A stretch of DNA of 63,557 nucleotides, filler included. It is 7 parts of 7 records of this genome, joined end to end, with 100 filler letters (N's around TTAATTAATTAA, not from the genome) between each part and the next. Parts side by side here need not be neighbours in the genome. Positions count along the whole stretch, not along the records: positions 34,778 to 50,796 come from SRR31156797_3491; 6 more parts are not named here. One strand, written 5' to 3'. The position numbers and the translations under genes are program-made. Of this stretch, positions 37,906 to 47,270 are shown piece by piece. Position 1 is the first letter of the stretch. Every line of letters begins with the position of its first letter. The notes under the pieces are model-generated. The model saw only the letters and a program-made list of their open reading frames with translations, was not told the origin of the DNA and did not search any database.

Positions 37906-40164
37906 ATGAAACAAACATTTAAAGTGGTGGGCAAGGGTTATCCCCGTCACGAGGCCGAAGACAAGGTCAGGGGAAAAGCGGCCTATACCGATGATCTGGA
38001 ATTGCCGGGCATGCTCCACGGCGCCATTCTTCGAAGCCCTTATCCCCGTGCAAGGGTTGTTGCCATCAACGCGTCCGAGGCCGGGAAACTTCCCGGTGTC
38101 ATGGGCATCCTCCTGCCCGGGGATGTTCCGCAAAAGCCGTATAACTGTTCCGGAAATCCACCTTCCCCCCTGGCCGTTCAGGATGAAAAAATTCTCACGG
38201 ATCATCCCCTTCATGTGGGGGACCGTATTGCCGCCGTTGCCGCCACCTCATATGCATTGTGCCAAATGGCGCTCTCGCTTATTTCAGTTGAGTATGAACC
38301 CCTGACACCGGTACTTGATCTGGAACAGGCCATTCGCGCGGATTCGCCGGTCCTCCATCCGGAAATCGGTCCCGACAATATCTTCAATAAGATCGAGGCG
38401 GACCAGGGTGATGTGGAAAAAGGGTTTAATGCCTCGGATCTGGTTCTGGAGGATGTGTTTGAAACACCCGGGATTTTCCACGCATGTATTGAGACGGTTG
38501 CCTGTATCTGTGATTTTTCCAGAGAGGATGATCTGGTGGTGTGGAGCAATTCCCAGACCCCTTTTCAGGAAAGGCGGATTTTGTCCAAACTTCTCGATCT
38601 CCCGGAGAGCAGGGTTCGGATCATCAAACCCATGATGGGAGGTGGTTTCGGTTCGAGGCAGCAACTTCATAACCAGGTTGTGGGGGCATTACTGTCCGGG
38701 CTCGTAAGGCGACCCGTCAAAATCATCAATACCCGGGAAGAGGAGATGGTGGGAACCTGTGTCAGGCATGCATCAAAATGTCGCGTCAAGATGGGGGTTT
38801 CAAAGGAAGGCCTGATTCGGGCTTTTCAGGCGGAAGTCCATCATAACTGCGGCGCCTACGCCACCCACAGCCCCATTGTCCTGGCGGCACAAAGCCGAAA
38901 GGTTCCCTACCGGGTTCCCCATTACCGTTACGAAGGGTATTGCGTGTACACCGATTATCCCGTGGCCGGGGCCATGAGAGGGTACGGGAATCCCCAGTTG
39001 TCCTTTGCAAGGGAAGTCCTTCTGGATCGCGCGGCCAGGGCATTGAACATGGATTTCGTCGAAATCAGGATGAAAAACAGAATTCTTGCCGGGGATACGG
39101 TTCCCGGTTCGCCCCTGGTATTACAGAGTTGTGCCATCCGGGAATGTATTGAGGCGGGAGAAGCGATCCGAAACGGGATTGACCGGAATGAAAAAGCTCA
39201 GGGACGTGGTAATGATGTTGTGGAGCGCTGGGGCATGGCCCTGGCCATGCATACGTCCGGCGCCTCAAACAATACGGGGATGAGTTCTGCGGTCATCATG
39301 ATCCATGACGACGGCAGCGCAACCCTCTTAACCGGTTCCGCCGACATGGGGCAGGGGAGCGAGACGGCTCTCAGTCAGATTGTGGCTGAAGTATTGGGCA
39401 TTCCCTTGGATGACGTGAGGGTTACCGCGGCGGACACGCGGCATACCCCCTATGAAACCGGTTCTTTTGCCAGCAGTCAGGCCTATGTGGCGGGACATGC
39501 GGTCAATGCCGCCGCCCTGGACGTGATTGACCGAACCAGGGTTTCTTTGGCGGACCGATATGGCGTGGAAGCTGACCAAATTGTTTTTGAAAACCGTCGC
39601 TTTCAATTTGAAAGCGGGGAAAAATCCGTTTCCCTGTCATTTAAGGAAGCGGTTTCAGAAGTCCATTTCGGGGAAACCGGTAGTGTTATCACAGGCAGGG
39701 CCAGTTTCAAGGCAAGTCACAGCGCGCCGCCTTTTTCCGCTTGCTGGGCCAAAGTGGCCTTTGACAGGCTCACCAACAGTATTACGGTGCGCCATGTGAT
39801 CCAGGTGGCGGATGTGGGAACCCCCATCAATACGGATATTGTGACGGGCCAGATGGAAGGGGGCATTGCCATGGGGTTGGGGTATGCGCTTATGGAGGAT
39901 CTGGAAATGGACCGAAGGGTGTCGAAACCGCTCACCAATGATCTTTTGGCCTGTAAGATACCATCCGCCGCGGACATGCCGGAGATCCATACGCATATCG
40001 TTGAAAGCTTTGAACCGAGCGGTCCCCTGGGTGCGAAGAGTGTGGGAGAAATGACGGTGATTCCCGTGGCCCCGGCCATCGTCAATGCGGTGGTTGCGGC
40101 CACCGGTAAAGATATTACCCGGCTCCCCCTTTCAAAATATTTTAATATCAGACGACCGTTGTGA
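37906..40164 (+). CDS. Xanthine-oxidase-family molybdopterin subunit
   Basis: MGGGFGSRQ, GAYATHS, AMRGYGNPQ, DMGQGSET, GQMEGG, GAKSVGE. Confidence 0.93.
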   Translation: MKQTFKVVGKGYPRHEAEDKVRGKAAYTDDLELPGMLHGAILRSPYPRARVVAINASEAGKLPGVMGILLPGDVPQKPYNCSGNPPSPLAVQDEKILTDHPLHVGDRIAAVAATSYALCQMALSLISVEYEPLTPVLDLEQAIRADSPVLHPEIGPDNIFNKIEADQGDVEKGFNASDLVLEDVFETPGIFHACIETVACICDFSREDDLVVWSNSQTPFQERRILSKLLDLPESRVRIIKPMMGGGFGSRQQLHNQVVGALLSGLVRRPVKIINTREEEMVGTCVRHASKCRVKMGVSKEGLIRAFQAEVHHNCGAYATHSPIVLAAQSRKVPYRVPHYRYEGYCVYTDYPVAGAMRGYGNPQLSFAREVLLDRAARALNMDFVEIRMKNRILAGDTVPGSPLVLQSCAIRECIEAGEAIRNGIDRNEKAQGRGNDVVERWGMALAMHTSGASNNTGMSSAVIMIHDDGSATLLTGSADMGQGSETALSQIVAEVLGIPLDDVRVTAADTRHTPYETGSFASSQAYVAGHAVNAAALDVIDRTRVSLADRYGVEADQIVFENRRFQFESGEKSVSLSFKEAVSEVHFGETGSVITGRASFKASHSAPPFSACWAKVAFDRLTNSITVRHVIQVADVGTPINTDIVTGQMEGGIAMGLGYALMEDLEMDRRVSKPLTNDLLACKIPSAADMPEIHTHIVESFEPSGPLGAKSVGEMTVIPVAPAIVNAVVAATGKDITRLPLSKYFNIRRPL

Positions 40165-40186
40165 GTATGGTGTCAGGGAGATTAAC

Positions 40187-41182
40187 ATGGACGCAAATGA
40201 TCCGCGTTACATTTTGCCGGAGTCGATCGAGTCAGCCATTGAAATTTTTTCGGCCGAAGAAAACCCGGCATATCTGGCCGGCGGAACCGATCTGATGCCG
40301 CTTCGGAAAAGCGGGCTTCGCCCCCCGACCTGCTTGATCGATCTTGAAAAGTTTGACGAATTAAGAAAGATCGAAATGCGTGGGGATGCGCTCTTTTTGG
40401 GCGCCATGGCGGACCTTGCCCTGGTGGCCGAAGATGAAACCATCAACCGTTTTCTGGGTCCGGTGGCCCGTGCCGCCCGAAGTGTGGGCTCGCCGCAGAT
40501 CCGCAATCTGGCTACCGTGGGCGGGAATCTTCTCCAGGAAAGAAGATGTATATACTTTAATCAGACCGAATTCTGGAGACAAAGCATGGATCCCTGCTAT
40601 AAGCTGGGTGGAAATTGTTGCTACCAGATCCCCAAGGCCGGAGAATGCCGGGCACTCTACTATTCGGATCTGGCGCCCATACTCACGGCCTATGAAGCCC
40701 GGGTCCTGGTTTTCGATGGATCAAACCGCTACGAAATGCCCATGGGCGACCTGATCCATCATTATTGTCATGGCAACCTGGACAAGCGTTTGATCATCGG
40801 CATCCTGGTCCCGCATATGAGCGACAATTCCAGCGGCATCTTCATGAAATACGGTGTTCGCCATGCCATTGATTTCGCTTTATCCAACGTCGGCATTCGG
40901 TTTACGCCGCAGAAAGACGGCGGTGAACCCGCGTCCGTGAAAATCGTGGTGGGTGCCGTGGCGATTGAGCCCGTCCGCCTTGAGGAAACGGAAAATGCGG
41001 TGTTGACGGGCTTGAACGGGGGAAAGGTGGATAAGGAGCGGATCTATGGGCTTGCACAAAAGGAACTTCAATCCCGTTCCGGATTGATCCGGGAGTTCAC
41101 GGTTTCCCTGAAGGGAAAGCAAAACGCCCTTTTGATCATCGTGGATGCGTTGAGGGCGTTTTTTAAAGCTTTGGGGAGATAG
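40187..41182 (+). CDS. Molybdenum hydroxylase FAD subunit with [4Fe-4S] insertion (HcrB-like)
   Basis: LAGGTDL, SPQIRNLATVGGNL, insert RCIYFNQTEFWRQSMDPCYKLGGNCC..ECRALYYSDLAP. Confidence 0.9.
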   Translation: MDANDPRYILPESIESAIEIFSAEENPAYLAGGTDLMPLRKSGLRPPTCLIDLEKFDELRKIEMRGDALFLGAMADLALVAEDETINRFLGPVARAARSVGSPQIRNLATVGGNLLQERRCIYFNQTEFWRQSMDPCYKLGGNCCYQIPKAGECRALYYSDLAPILTAYEARVLVFDGSNRYEMPMGDLIHHYCHGNLDKRLIIGILVPHMSDNSSGIFMKYGVRHAIDFALSNVGIRFTPQKDGGEPASVKIVVGAVAIEPVRLEETENAVLTGLNGGKVDKERIYGLAQKELQSRSGLIREFTVSLKGKQNALLIIVDALRAFFKALGR

Positions 41183-41186
41183 TGTT

Positions 41187-42602
41187 TTGTCGGATCAAGT
41201 GCCGTCCCCGGGGTCCAAGTCTGTTTTCAAAGAGATCGTCAGAAAGTTAAGAAAACGTGTTTCCCACGGGGACATCCTGACCCGGGAGGTGGACCGCCGG
41301 CTTTATGCCTATGATGCGGGCACCTTGTGGAAACATACCCCGGACCTGGTTGTTTTCCCCCGCTCCACACGGGATGTGGTGGAAATCATGAAGATCGCTT
41401 TCCACCACCGCATCCCCGTGACGCCCCGGGGGGCCGGGACCAACCAGAGCGGTGGATCCATCCCCATTAAAGGGGGCATGGTTCTCTGTTTTTCACGCAT
41501 GAACGGAATTGTTGCCATTGACAGGGAAAACCGGACCGCCACGGTTGAGCCGGGTGTTGTCTTGCAGGATCTGAACCTGCGTCTTAAGGAAGCGGGACTC
41601 TATTTTCCGCCGGACCCCCAGAGTTTTTTTGCCGCCACCATGGGAGGCATTATCGCGGAAAATGCCGGTGGGCCCGTGTGCGTGAAATACGGCGTGACCA
41701 AACAGTATATCCTTTCCATGACGGTTGTGCTTCCGGACGGCCATGTTGTTCGGTGCGGCGGTCACACCATGAACAACTTTTTCGGTTATGATCTGACGAC
41801 CCTGATGATCGGCTCCGAAGGGACCCTTGGCCTTGTCACCGGTGCGGAATTGAGGCTTATGGCGCTTCCCGAGGCGAGGTTTACGGTGGCTGCGGCTTTT
41901 GACAGTGTGAGGGCCGCCGGTGAAGCGGTCCATAAGGTCATCTCCCATGGGGTTGTTCCGGCCAAATGCGAATTCATGGACAACTGGATCATCAAAAAGA
42001 GCGAGACCTTGAGTCCCGTGGGGTTTCCCCTGGATGCTGAAGCCGTCATTTTGTTTGAAACGGACGGCACAAGGCTGTCCGCTCTGTTGGAAGCGGAAAC
42101 CGTTGAGACCTTGTGCCTGGATTGTGGTGCCACATGGTGCCATCGGGCTCAAACTTTTGAAGCGTCCGAAAAATACTGGGCCGCCCGACGTGCGGGTTTT
42201 GCCGCGGCCTTTTCTTCAGCCCCCAACATCCTGACCGAAGACATCGTGGTTCCCATTGGACGAATCCCCGCCCTGCTGGCGGGGATCAGGGGTATCTCCG
42301 AAGAAAACGGGGTGACCACAGTGGTTCTGGGCCATGCGGGAGACGGTAATATGCATCCGGATATCCTCACGGATCGAAATAACCCGGAGTGGTTTAAAAG
42401 GGCTGAAAAAGCGCTGGAAGAGATCATTTCCCTGGCCCTGGCCCTGGATGGGGTCATTTCCGGCGAACACGGCATCGGGCTGGAGAAAAAGAGGTATATG
42501 GCCCAATCCATGGATCCCGCCGCAACGGCGGCATCAAAAGCCATCAAGCATTGCTTTGATCCAAGGGGCATCATGAATCCGGAAAAAATATGGAATCCTT
42601 AA
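41187..42602 (+). CDS. FAD-linked 2-hydroxyacid dehydrogenase (GlcD/LctD-like)
   Basis: PRGAGTNQSGG, FPPDP, GSEGTLG, HAGDGNMHP, ISGEHGIG, IMNPEKI. Confidence 0.9.
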   Translation: MSDQVPSPGSKSVFKEIVRKLRKRVSHGDILTREVDRRLYAYDAGTLWKHTPDLVVFPRSTRDVVEIMKIAFHHRIPVTPRGAGTNQSGGSIPIKGGMVLCFSRMNGIVAIDRENRTATVEPGVVLQDLNLRLKEAGLYFPPDPQSFFAATMGGIIAENAGGPVCVKYGVTKQYILSMTVVLPDGHVVRCGGHTMNNFFGYDLTTLMIGSEGTLGLVTGAELRLMALPEARFTVAAAFDSVRAAGEAVHKVISHGVVPAKCEFMDNWIIKKSETLSPVGFPLDAEAVILFETDGTRLSALLEAETVETLCLDCGATWCHRAQTFEASEKYWAARRAGFAAAFSSAPNILTEDIVVPIGRIPALLAGIRGISEENGVTTVVLGHAGDGNMHPDILTDRNNPEWFKRAEKALEEIISLALALDGVISGEHGIGLEKKRYMAQSMDPAATAASKAIKHCFDPRGIMNPEKIWNP

Positions 42603-42739
42603 AATTGATTGAAATGAAAAGGAGGTGGTAAGGGGTCAAAAAACATGATGCGTAATGCCCCTCGTTTTATCCGGGGGCTTTTGGAGATTAACCTGAAACA
42701 TCATCTTTTAATGTTATTGATTGGATAAGGAGTTTAACT

Positions 42740-43795
42740 GTGAGAAAAAAAAGAGTTTTCTCTGTTGCTTTGGCTGTTTTTGCATTTCTGTTCATTTTCA
42801 GTGGCGCCCATGGCGTGAATGCCGCTGAATACACCATGAAAATTTCTCTGCCCAGCCCCATGGTCGAGTGGTCCCAATTCAATGAGCCCTACACGGTCTT
42901 GAAAAGTGAAATCGAAAAAAGATCAGGGGGCCGAATTGAGGTGAAACTCTATCCGGCCGGCATGCTGGGCAACATGACCTCTGCAACGGAACAGGTCAAA
43001 AAGGGGATCATTCAGGGTGTCCAGGTGGGGGACGGCTGGATCGCCAACCATTTTCCCGAAGTTCAGCTGATCTCAATCCCTTACATTTTCAAGGACAGGG
43101 AAGTTGCCTGGGCGGTTCTGGACGGTCCCTTCGGCGATAAACTGAAAAAAGAATATGAAAAGACCGGTTTGAAACTCTTGCATTTTACCGAAAACGGCGG
43201 GTTTCGAAATTTCAGCAATAACATCAAAGAAATTAAGGTGCCCGCGGATATGAAGGGGATGAAAATCAGGGTCATGCCCAACCCGGCCCACCAGAAAACC
43301 GTCGAGGCCATCGGTGCACTGCCCGTTGTGGTGGCCTGGGCCGAGTTGTACACGGCCCTAAAAACCAAGGTCGCCGACGGCCAGGAAAACGCCGTGGCCA
43401 CTTTTCTGGTCCCGAAACTTTATGAAGTACAGAAATATATGATCCTGGACGGTCATTTCTACAGCATCAACAGTATTTTGATTAACAAGAAGTGGTACGA
43501 TTCCCTTCCCAAGGACCTCCAGGCGGCCATCGACCAGGCGGCCATTGTTTCCCAGACCGTTAACCGGGGCGTCTGTACGGCGCTGGAAGCCAAAGGGCTT
43601 AAGCTCATGAAAGAGAAGGGCATGAAGATTTATGCTCCCACAGCCGCGGAAAAGGCACAGTTCATGGCATTGACCCAAAAACCGGTCATTGAATTCCTGA
43701 AAGAGGATTTCAAAAAGAAGGGCGTCAGCCTGGAGTGGTTCCCCGAGTTTTATGCGGCCATAGACGTTGCCGAGAAAAAACTGGGCTATCAATAG
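42740..43795 (+). CDS. TRAP transporter substrate-binding protein DctP
   Basis: Signal peptide, ENGGFRNF, MKGMKIRVM (carboxylate-binding Arg), ELYTALKTKVADGQEN. Confidence 0.93.
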   Translation: MRKKRVFSVALAVFAFLFIFSGAHGVNAAEYTMKISLPSPMVEWSQFNEPYTVLKSEIEKRSGGRIEVKLYPAGMLGNMTSATEQVKKGIIQGVQVGDGWIANHFPEVQLISIPYIFKDREVAWAVLDGPFGDKLKKEYEKTGLKLLHFTENGGFRNFSNNIKEIKVPADMKGMKIRVMPNPAHQKTVEAIGALPVVVAWAELYTALKTKVADGQENAVATFLVPKLYEVQKYMILDGHFYSINSILINKKWYDSLPKDLQAAIDQAAIVSQTVNRGVCTALEAKGLKLMKEKGMKIYAPTAAEKAQFMALTQKPVIEFLKEDFKKKGVSLEWFPEFYAAIDVAEKKLGYQ

Positions 43796-43884
43796 AGCGA
43801 TGGTAGCGCTTTTCTCACGGGGGCGGAAACATGCTGCATGTTCCGCCCCCGGATTCTGAAGGAAATGTTTCCCGGAAAAAAATA

Positions 43885-44397
43885 ATGATCCGATTCTGGA
43901 CCGGTTTTGTCAATTTATTAAATATGGTGACCAAGTGGACCATCCTGCTGGGATTCAGTGTCCTGGTGGTCCTTGTGCTCATGCAGATTATCTGGCGATA
44001 TATCCTGGAACTCCCCCTCCCCTGGAGTGATGAAGCCATTCGATACCTCCTGGTCTGGGTGACCCTATTGGCCATTGCCAGAGCCTTTCGATACGACGAA
44101 CACCTGCGCTTGGGCGCCCTTTTCATTAAATGTGCGAAACCGATCCGAAGTTTTTTGTGGATACTTTTCAATATTTTCACATTGTCCTTTCAAGCGCTTC
44201 TGATTATCTACGGCATTCCCAACGCCATCCTCGGAAACTTCACCAATTCTCCGGGTCTCGACATTTCCCTGTTCGTTCCCTATTTGAGCGTACCGGTGGC
44301 GGCGGGCATCATGATCATCAATCAGATCGATTACACCCTGTTCAATTATCGCGTGCGAGAATTCGGAGATATCCGGAAAATACGGAAAACCCCATGA
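43885..44397 (+). CDS. TRAP small permease DctQ
   Basis: QIIWRYILE.PLPWSDEAIRY..VW, HL; four TM segments. Confidence 0.88.
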   Translation: MIRFWTGFVNLLNMVTKWTILLGFSVLVVLVLMQIIWRYILELPLPWSDEAIRYLLVWVTLLAIARAFRYDEHLRLGALFIKCAKPIRSFLWILFNIFTLSFQALLIIYGIPNAILGNFTNSPGLDISLFVPYLSVPVAAGIMIINQIDYTLFNYRVREFGDIRKIRKTP

Positions 44398-45686
44398 ATT
44401 TGTTTATTGTCTGCGCCATATTGTTGCTATTGCTTTTTTTCGGATTTCCGGTGGCCCTGACCATGGGCGTCAGCGGTATCGTCTACTTTCTTCTCACCGG
44501 GGGCCTCGATTATTTCCCCATGATCGTAAACCGCATCTACGGCGGCATTGATTCTTTTGTGCTCATCTGCATCCCCTTTTTTATTCTTGCCGGCGACATG
44601 ATGAATCGAAGCGGCATCACCGAACGGCTGGTGAACCTGTCAAACCTCATGGTGGGCCGACTCCCGGGGAGCCTGGCCCAGGCCAACATCGTGGCGAGCG
44701 GCATTTTCGCCAGCATCAGCGGCAGCGCCCTGGGGGATGTGGCCGCCATCGGTTCCGTATTTATCCCCGCCATGAAAAAGCAGGGGTTTTCAGGCCGGTT
44801 CAGTGCTGCGGTGACGGGTGCCAGTGCCATTGTCAGCCCCATTATTCCGCCGAGCCTGATCATCATTTTGTATGCCGCCGTCATGGACACGAGCATCGGC
44901 GCCATGTTTGTGGCCGCCATCATTCCGGGGTTTCTCATGGTGGTGGGGGATATGGTGATGGTACACGTCCTCTCCGTCAAACGGAATTACCCCAGAAGAA
45001 CCCAAACCATTTCCGGGCGCGATGCGGCAAAATGCCTTCGGGATGCCACCATCGCCCTGGTGATGCCGCTGATCATTGTTGCGGGGATCGTTTTCGGGGC
45101 ATTTACCCCGACGGAGGCGGCGGCCGTGGCTGTTTTGTATGCATTCGTGGTGGGGGTGGTATTTTTTCGAAAGATGACCGTGAAAGAGATTCTCACTTCG
45201 GTATTTGATTCGGCCATGAGTTCGGGGAAGCTTTTTTTTATCATCGCCTGCGTGGGGATTCTCTCGTGGGCTTTTGCCATGGAGGAAGTGCCGCAACAGA
45301 TCGTCGCCCTTTTCTCCGGCCTTATGGACCGTCCGTGGCTTATCTTGCTTTTGATGAACCTCTTTTTGCTGTTCATGGGGATGTGGTTGGATCTGACCGC
45401 CAATATTTTCCTGTTTGCGCCGATCTTAGGCCCTTTGGTCACGGCGGCCGGCATCAACCCCATCCATTTTTCCATGATTTTTTTGCTGAACGTCAATCTC
45501 GGCAACATAACGCCGCCCCTTGGGATTGTGTTGTTTGCCACCTCGGAGCTCTCTTTTGAAAGTGTTCCGGATATTGTTAAAGATATCTGGCCTTTCTGGA
45601 TTTCCAAGGCAGCGGTTCTGGCGTTGGTCACTTATCTCCCATGGATCAGCATGGTGTTTCCGAAAATGATGGGGTTTGCAGGGTAA
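44394..45686 (+). CDS. TRAP large permease DctM
   Basis: IPFFILAG, SISGSA, PIIPPS, FTPTEAAA, ITPPLG. Confidence 0.93.
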   Translation: MNLFIVCAILLLLLFFGFPVALTMGVSGIVYFLLTGGLDYFPMIVNRIYGGIDSFVLICIPFFILAGDMMNRSGITERLVNLSNLMVGRLPGSLAQANIVASGIFASISGSALGDVAAIGSVFIPAMKKQGFSGRFSAAVTGASAIVSPIIPPSLIIILYAAVMDTSIGAMFVAAIIPGFLMVVGDMVMVHVLSVKRNYPRRTQTISGRDAAKCLRDATIALVMPLIIVAGIVFGAFTPTEAAAVAVLYAFVVGVVFFRKMTVKEILTSVFDSAMSSGKLFFIIACVGILSWAFAMEEVPQQIVALFSGLMDRPWLILLLMNLFLLFMGMWLDLTANIFLFAPILGPLVTAAGINPIHFSMIFLLNVNLGNITPPLGIVLFATSELSFESVPDIVKDIWPFWISKAAVLALVTYLPWISMVFPKMMGFAG

Positions 45687-45887
45687 CCGGGAGTTTTCAC
45701 CGTATCAATGGCTTTCTCTATTCCATTCGGACCCCGACGGATCGGGAGATCAAGCCTCGTGTCCGCTCGTCCATCCCCTCATGTAAAGATATGTTCAAAG
45801 ACATTTTGTTACGTTCCACCCATGGCGCTGAAGTTTTGTGAAGGGAAAAACAGATGCTGAAAAATGACTATCATAAAAGGCTACCCC

Positions 45888-47270
45888 ATGCTGAATTCTG
45901 AAATCGCTGAAGCGCTTCGAAATATTGTCGGCAAAGAGGGGCTGATCCTGAACCCGGAGGGGCGGATTCCGGAAGGGTCGGTATTTCCGTCGAACGTTCG
46001 GCAAATGTCCGCCATTATGGTTCTGGCCAACCGGGAGAATATGACGGTTTTGCCCCAAGGGGCCGGGGGACGTCGGCATCTTTCATCTTCTCTTGACAGA
46101 CCCCTTGTGCTTTCCACCTCCAGGATGAACCGTATCCTCGATATGGACCGGGAAAGCCTGAAAGTGACCCTGGAAGCGGGGACCACTCTGAAGATGCTGC
46201 AGGAAGCCCTGGACCGGGAGGGGCTCTATTTTCCGCCCTATCCCTGGTGCTTTTTTGAATCAACCCTCGGCGGGTGCGCGGCGAGAGGCATCGGCGGTCC
46301 CGCAAGCGTCAAGCATGGGGTTTTCAAACAGTACGTTTTGGGAATGGAAGTGGTTCTCCCCTCGGGCGAGGCGGCCCGGATCGGGGGCCAGACCGTCAAA
46401 AACGTGGTTGGGTATGATCTCACATCCCTGTTCTGCGGGTCCGAGGGGAGCCTTGGGATCATCGCATCGTTGACCCTTCGTCTTGTGCCCAAACCCCGTA
46501 CGGAAAGGTTAATCATCACGGGATTTAAATCCTCCACATGCGCCTGCGCCGCCATGGAGGAGGTTGTGGCTAGAGGGCCTGGCCCCGAAAGAATTTCCAT
46601 GCTGGATCCCCGGACGACCCGGAAAATGGCATCTTTTTCGCCTTCGGGGATTCCCTGGGGCCGAGGGGCGACGGTCTTATGTCAGATTGCCGGACTTGAA
46701 GAAGTGGTGGAATCGGAGATGAATGCCGATCTTTCGCTGATGCAGGAAAACGGTGGAACGGTTATGGGTGTGCTGCAATCACCCTCGGAGATATGGGCCA
46801 TATGGCATGCCCAGGGGCTTTGTCTCTCGGCCCTTAACGAGGCCGCGCCAACCCTTATCACCTGGGATATCATGGTACCCCGTTCCCGGGCCCTTATGAT
46901 GATGGAAAAAATTGAACAAACAGGGGAACAACGCCGTTTGAATCTGGTCCATGGGGGGTACTATGGAAATGGCGTTTTTCATCCCGTGGCACTGATTTCC
47001 CATAATGATGAGATCACCTTGGAAAATGCACGGGCCGCCTTTCGGGATCTGGTCTCATTCGCCCTTTCCATAGGGGGCAACGCGGCCGGTCCCTTCAGGC
47101 GGGTCGGCATTGAAACAGCCAAATTCCATGAACCCCGTGATGAATACATGCTTCATCTGGTTCAGGGGATAAAGGGGGCTCTGGATCCAACGGGGATTAT
47201 GAAACCCCTGCCGTTGTCCGACCCCGCCATACCCGGGGAGAGTGTTAAAAAATCTACAAAGTGGTTGTAA
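45888..47270 (+). CDS. Second GlcD-like FAD-binding subunit with degenerate catalytic motifs
   Basis: STLGG, KNVVGYDL, GSEGSLG present; HAGDGNxH and GEHG absent. Confidence 0.8.
   Translation: MLNSEIAEALRNIVGKEGLILNPEGRIPEGSVFPSNVRQMSAIMVLANRENMTVLPQGAGGRRHLSSSLDRPLVLSTSRMNRILDMDRESLKVTLEAGTTLKMLQEALDREGLYFPPYPWCFFESTLGGCAARGIGGPASVKHGVFKQYVLGMEVVLPSGEAARIGGQTVKNVVGYDLTSLFCGSEGSLGIIASLTLRLVPKPRTERLIITGFKSSTCACAAMEEVVARGPGPERISMLDPRTTRKMASFSPSGIPWGRGATVLCQIAGLEEVVESEMNADLSLMQENGGTVMGVLQSPSEIWAIWHAQGLCLSALNEAAPTLITWDIMVPRSRALMMMEKIEQTGEQRRLNLVHGGYYGNGVFHPVALISHNDEITLENARAAFRDLVSFALSIGGNAAGPFRRVGIETAKFHEPRDEYMLHLVQGIKGALDPTGIMKPLPLSDPAIPGESVKKSTKWL

Noticed and set aside
37428-41182. Calling the Mo-enzyme 4-hydroxybenzoyl-CoA reductase, xanthine dehydrogenase or CO dehydrogenase
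   Set aside because: Only the FAD subunit is HcrB-like; no CoxL AYxCSFR loop; no purine or benzoyl-CoA pathway genes nearby
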